From positions 992,001 through 1,056,000 of the forward strand of contig CP060223.1 of assembly GCA_023898465.1 (NCBI GenBank): DNA of 64,000 nt, read 5' to 3'. Shown here one piece after another: positions 61,140 through 64,000 of this stretch (the stretch's first letter is position 1; every line of letters starts with the position of its first letter). Under the pieces are notes generated by a model that saw only the letters and a program-made list of their open reading frames with translations, did not search any database and was not told where the DNA came from. Position numbers and translations under genes: made by a program. This stretch comes from Candidatus Nomurabacteria bacterium. Its GTDB lineage: Bacteria > Patescibacteriota > Patescibacteriia > HK-STAS-PATE-3.

Positions 61140-61568
61140 TTAGCGAACTCCCAGCTCTTTACGCATCAGCGCTTCGATTTTGCTAATGGTTTGACTCAGT
61201 TGCTCATCAAGCTGCGCGGCCTCTTCTTCACTAGTCTCATCCTTATTCATCCGTTCCTCAACTTCATCGACTTCATCCATATACGCATGGATTGCTTCTT
61301 GGAGTTGTCGACCACCGAGGAGGAGAGACTCGCTGAAAAAAGAGTTCATTCGCATGCGTCGTTCGAGCCGGCCTAAGCCTCGCATATCGTCCTCACTAAA
61401 GAAGTTGTTAATTCGGCCGATCACGTCTTTGTAGGCCCTGCGTCTAGCTTCAAAAAGCATCACCTGACTGTTTCGTGATTTATCAAGGAAGTGTTTGATA
61501 AGAATACCCAGGAAGGCGCCTAGGCCGAGGGTAGAGGCGAGTTGGGCGATGTCAGTGAGGAGTTCCAT
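61140..61568 (-). CDS. hypothetical membrane-anchored coiled-coil protein
   Basis: N-terminal TM, remainder charged/helical. Confidence 0.4.
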   Translation of the reverse strand: MELLTDIAQLASTLGLGAFLGILIKHFLDKSRNSQVMLFEARRRAYKDVIGRINNFFSEDDMRGLGRLERRMRMNSFFSESLLLGGRQLQEAIHAYMDEVDEVEERMNKDETSEEEAAQLDEQLSQTISKIEALMRKELGVR

Positions 61569-61698
61569 AGGCGCAGTATAGCACCATATTTCGCTTTTCC
61601 AAGAGGCTTGATTTTCGGATAAGTCTTTGCTACACTCATTGACGCTAACCTCGTCTTGGCGTTGTTTTAAAGAAGGTATTGTTAGGCAAAGCGCTCAG

Positions 61699-61773
<75 letters not shown>

Positions 61774-61788
61774 GAAGTAAATTTACAT

Positions 61789-61865
61789 GCGGGTGTAGTT
61801 CAGTTGGCTAGAACGTCTCCTTGCCAAGGAGAAGGTCGGCGGTTCGAATCCGCTCACCCGCTCCA
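61789..61865 (+). tRNA. tRNA-Gly (anticodon GCC)
   Basis: Acceptor GCGGGTG/CACCCGC, anticodon stem TCTCC/GGAGA with loop TTGCCAA, T-arm GGTTCGAATCC, CCA. Confidence 0.85.
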
Positions 61866-61937
61866 CGGGCCATCACTTACTGCGGGCTCCGTGAAGACAA
61901 ATACATTGTCCTCACTGCGCCCTTCGCAAGGATGTCC

Positions 61938-61975
61938 CTTTACGCCTCAGACTTAACCCTGCGGGCCCAAGTCTT
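61938..61975 (+). repeat. copy B of about 38 nt tRNA-downstream motif (...AGACTTAACCCTGCGGGCCCAAGTCTT)
   Basis: Aligns with 45067..45104; contains the AGACTT/AAGTCT inverted repeat. Confidence 0.6.
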
Positions 61976-62113
61976 CGGCGTTTGAGCAGAGAAAGAGCTT
62001 AATTTCATATCCTGTTGGCGGACCACTTCGACCCCTTGTGCATTGAAGAAACCTTTTTGTTTTTTTGATGTGCGTTTGTTATAGTAAAAAAGTCTCAATT
62101 AATATCAATGTAA

Positions 62114-63145
62114 ATGCATAATCAACGTGGTTTCTCGCTCATCCCTGCGCTCTTTGTACTGATTGCAGTTGGTTTAGGTATTAGCGTGGGATATGCCCTG
62201 TGGGCTAATTATCAAAATAGCAAAACAACCAATAGTGTGAAAGTAAATAACGTAGCCTGTACCGAGGAGGTCAAACTCTGCCCCGACGGCTCCTACGTTG
62301 GTCGCACTGGGCCGGATTGTGAATTTGCGGAGTGTTCAGCAGCGAACACAAACATTAACAGTAGTGATGATTCCTCAGAAGATGAGTATCTTCAAATTAC
62401 TGAATGGGGTGTTGAACTACCTATTACTGAAGGAGTTGAGTATACTTATGTAGCAGATTCAGGCCGCGCTTCTTTTTCAACAATTGGACTTGAGGACCAT
62501 GATTACTGCGGGTCAAGTGATGATGGTATTGGAATAATTTCTCGATACACCTCGCCTATTCCCGAAGGCCCTCTTAGGTTTCAGGACCCGATCCAAATTA
62601 ATGATTGGTATTATTACTATACCAGGCCGCAATCAGCTTGTTCGCCTAATGCCACAATAGTTGAAATGCAAACCTTGGCCAGCACAGCACTTGAAGAGAG
62701 TTTTGCAGGATTACGTGAGAGTGTAGATGAATGGCAGACATATACGAATGCGGAGCTTGGAATAGAATTTGAAATTAGGGCTACCGATAATACTTATTAT
62801 TATAGTCAATCCGATGCCCACTATATTGATCTTTATCCTACTGGCGAGGATGATCACTACGCTTATGTTAGAATTGGTTCAATCGCAGACCAGGACGCAA
62901 TAGTTAATGATGAAGTTGTATCAATTAACGGCCACGAACCGGTTTCTGAAGGTGTGCTAAGTGGACAACCAGCGAATATCTTTTTATTTAGGCCAGCATG
63001 CGATGATGGTCCAGGCTGTGGGCCGTACAATATGGGATACGCATTAGTTCATAACGATACTATGTTTAGCCTTTGGTTTGTTGGTGATGACCAGTTAAAT
63101 GACGTAGAGAGGCACATCCTTTCTACATTTGAATTTACTGAATAA
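62114..63145 (+). CDS. type IV pilin-like / pseudopilin-like protein (N-terminal prepilin-type hydrophobic segment)
   Basis: MHNQRGFSLIPALFVLIAVGLGI resembles a class-III signal peptide; conserved Cys-rich block VACTEEVKLCPDGSYVGRTGPDCEFAECS. Confidence 0.5.
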   Translation: MHNQRGFSLIPALFVLIAVGLGISVGYALWANYQNSKTTNSVKVNNVACTEEVKLCPDGSYVGRTGPDCEFAECSAANTNINSSDDSSEDEYLQITEWGVELPITEGVEYTYVADSGRASFSTIGLEDHDYCGSSDDGIGIISRYTSPIPEGPLRFQDPIQINDWYYYYTRPQSACSPNATIVEMQTLASTALEESFAGLRESVDEWQTYTNAELGIEFEIRATDNTYYYSQSDAHYIDLYPTGEDDHYAYVRIGSIADQDAIVNDEVVSINGHEPVSEGVLSGQPANIFLFRPACDDGPGCGPYNMGYALVHNDTMFSLWFVGDDQLNDVERHILSTFEFTE

Positions 63146-63156
63146 ATAGCACAAAT

Positions 63157-64000
63157 ATGATAAATAAAGGCATCACTTGGCTTCCCATCCTCTTCATCTT
63201 CGCCGCACTTGGTGTTGGTTCATTTATCGTGTACATTGGCTGGCAAGTTGCAACGCAGACGCAGGAAGTAGCTAATGTAAATAATGACGTGGCCTGCACT
63301 TTAGAGGCCAAACTCTGCCCCGATGGTTCCTACGTAGGTCGCACCGGACTGAATTGTGAGTTTGCGGAGTGTTCTGAGGAGGTAACTTGCGGTACTATCG
63401 CCGGTCTAGAGTGTCCAAGCGGATATAAATGTGAATATGATAATCCAGAAATTGCTGACGCTGCCGGGACGTGTGTTTTAGATACAGAAACCAGCACTGA
63501 AGAAGATTATTCCAATTGGTCTCGATCAATGAATTGGCGGGAATATAGCTATCGTTATACTACAAAAGAATTTATACATACTACACAGGATGCTGGAGAA
63601 GAGATAATTACAACTCCATTTAATGCGTCTGAATACACCGGGACAGTTACCTGGAATGGTGCGCTTTTCTGGAGAACAGGTCCGAGTGCAACAACCTATA
63701 TTCCTGATATCTCAAGCGACTTTGAATATGAGGCAGGCGTAGATCCAGATTTTTGGTTTTATGACTATGCGTCTGAACAGTTTATCCATCTTCCAAAAGT
63801 TGACTACCTAGATGGTACGGAACTATTTGAAAGTACGGTACAAGTTTTTCCATCTCTCAATGAACCTAAACTACTTCTTGAAGTAGGAAAATTTGATATA
63901 CAAAGTGAAGAGTTTATTCCCGGTTTCAGCAGTCCCATGCCGGTATCAACACGGGGCTTGGTGTATAACTTTGCTAAGAATACTTTTGAAGACGCAGTCG
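63157..64000 (+). CDS. paralogous pilin-like protein, 3' end truncated by window edge
   Basis: MINKGITWLPILFIFAALGVGSFIVYIG..., shares the block VACTLEAKLCPDGSYVGRTGLNCEFAECS with the upstream gene. Confidence 0.45.
   Translation, partial: MINKGITWLPILFIFAALGVGSFIVYIGWQVATQTQEVANVNNDVACTLEAKLCPDGSYVGRTGLNCEFAECSEEVTCGTIAGLECPSGYKCEYDNPEIADAAGTCVLDTETSTEEDYSNWSRSMNWREYSYRYTTKEFIHTTQDAGEEIITTPFNASEYTGTVTWNGALFWRTGPSATTYIPDISSDFEYEAGVDPDFWFYDYASEQFIHLPKVDYLDGTELFESTVQVFPSLNEPKLLLEVGKFDIQSEEFIPGFSSPMPVSTRGLVYNFAKNTFEDAV

Overview
This 64 kb window is mostly a conserved core-gene backbone at about 48-50% GC. The gene content looks CPR/Patescibacteria-like: rpoB-rpoC, ftsK, recA, ruvA, a uvrB fragment, the rpsF-ssb-rpsR operon, efp, ychF, folD-glyA-lgt, RNase J, trpS, murI, a Mur ligase, a FemAB-family enzyme, a tandem-fused double Ddl, and type IV pilin-like paralogs. 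There is one 23S-5S rRNA unit with no 16S, and five tRNAs (Arg-CCG, Leu-TAG, Gly-TCC, Cys-GCA, Gly-GCC).

Many short GC-rich (about 56-58%) cassettes of ORFan or accessory genes are interspersed in this backbone. Each has an AGGAGG-type Shine-Dalgarno site, a TTCTTGAC(A/T)-type -35 box and a GC-hairpin/T-run terminator. There are also two AT-rich genes: an IS200-like/RAYT HuH transposase and a NudC-like NUDIX hydrolase.

The most unusual items are:
- a nucleotide-metabolism island with a divergent PRPP-synthetase homolog next to a stand-alone PurH N-terminal (IMP-cyclohydrolase/MGS-like) homolog;
- an ORF-free GC-rich segment (31306-31600) with nested helices that looks like a structured RNA;
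- an orphan near-consensus promoter plus terminator suggesting an sRNA of about 110 nt upstream of the 23S;
- a roughly 38 nt motif repeated downstream of two tRNA loci;
- a Thr-rich micro-ORF cassette between rpoC and ftsK.

I found no CRISPR array, cas genes, reverse transcriptase or canonical defense operon. All functional calls are inferred by eye from sequence motifs, and no searches were run.
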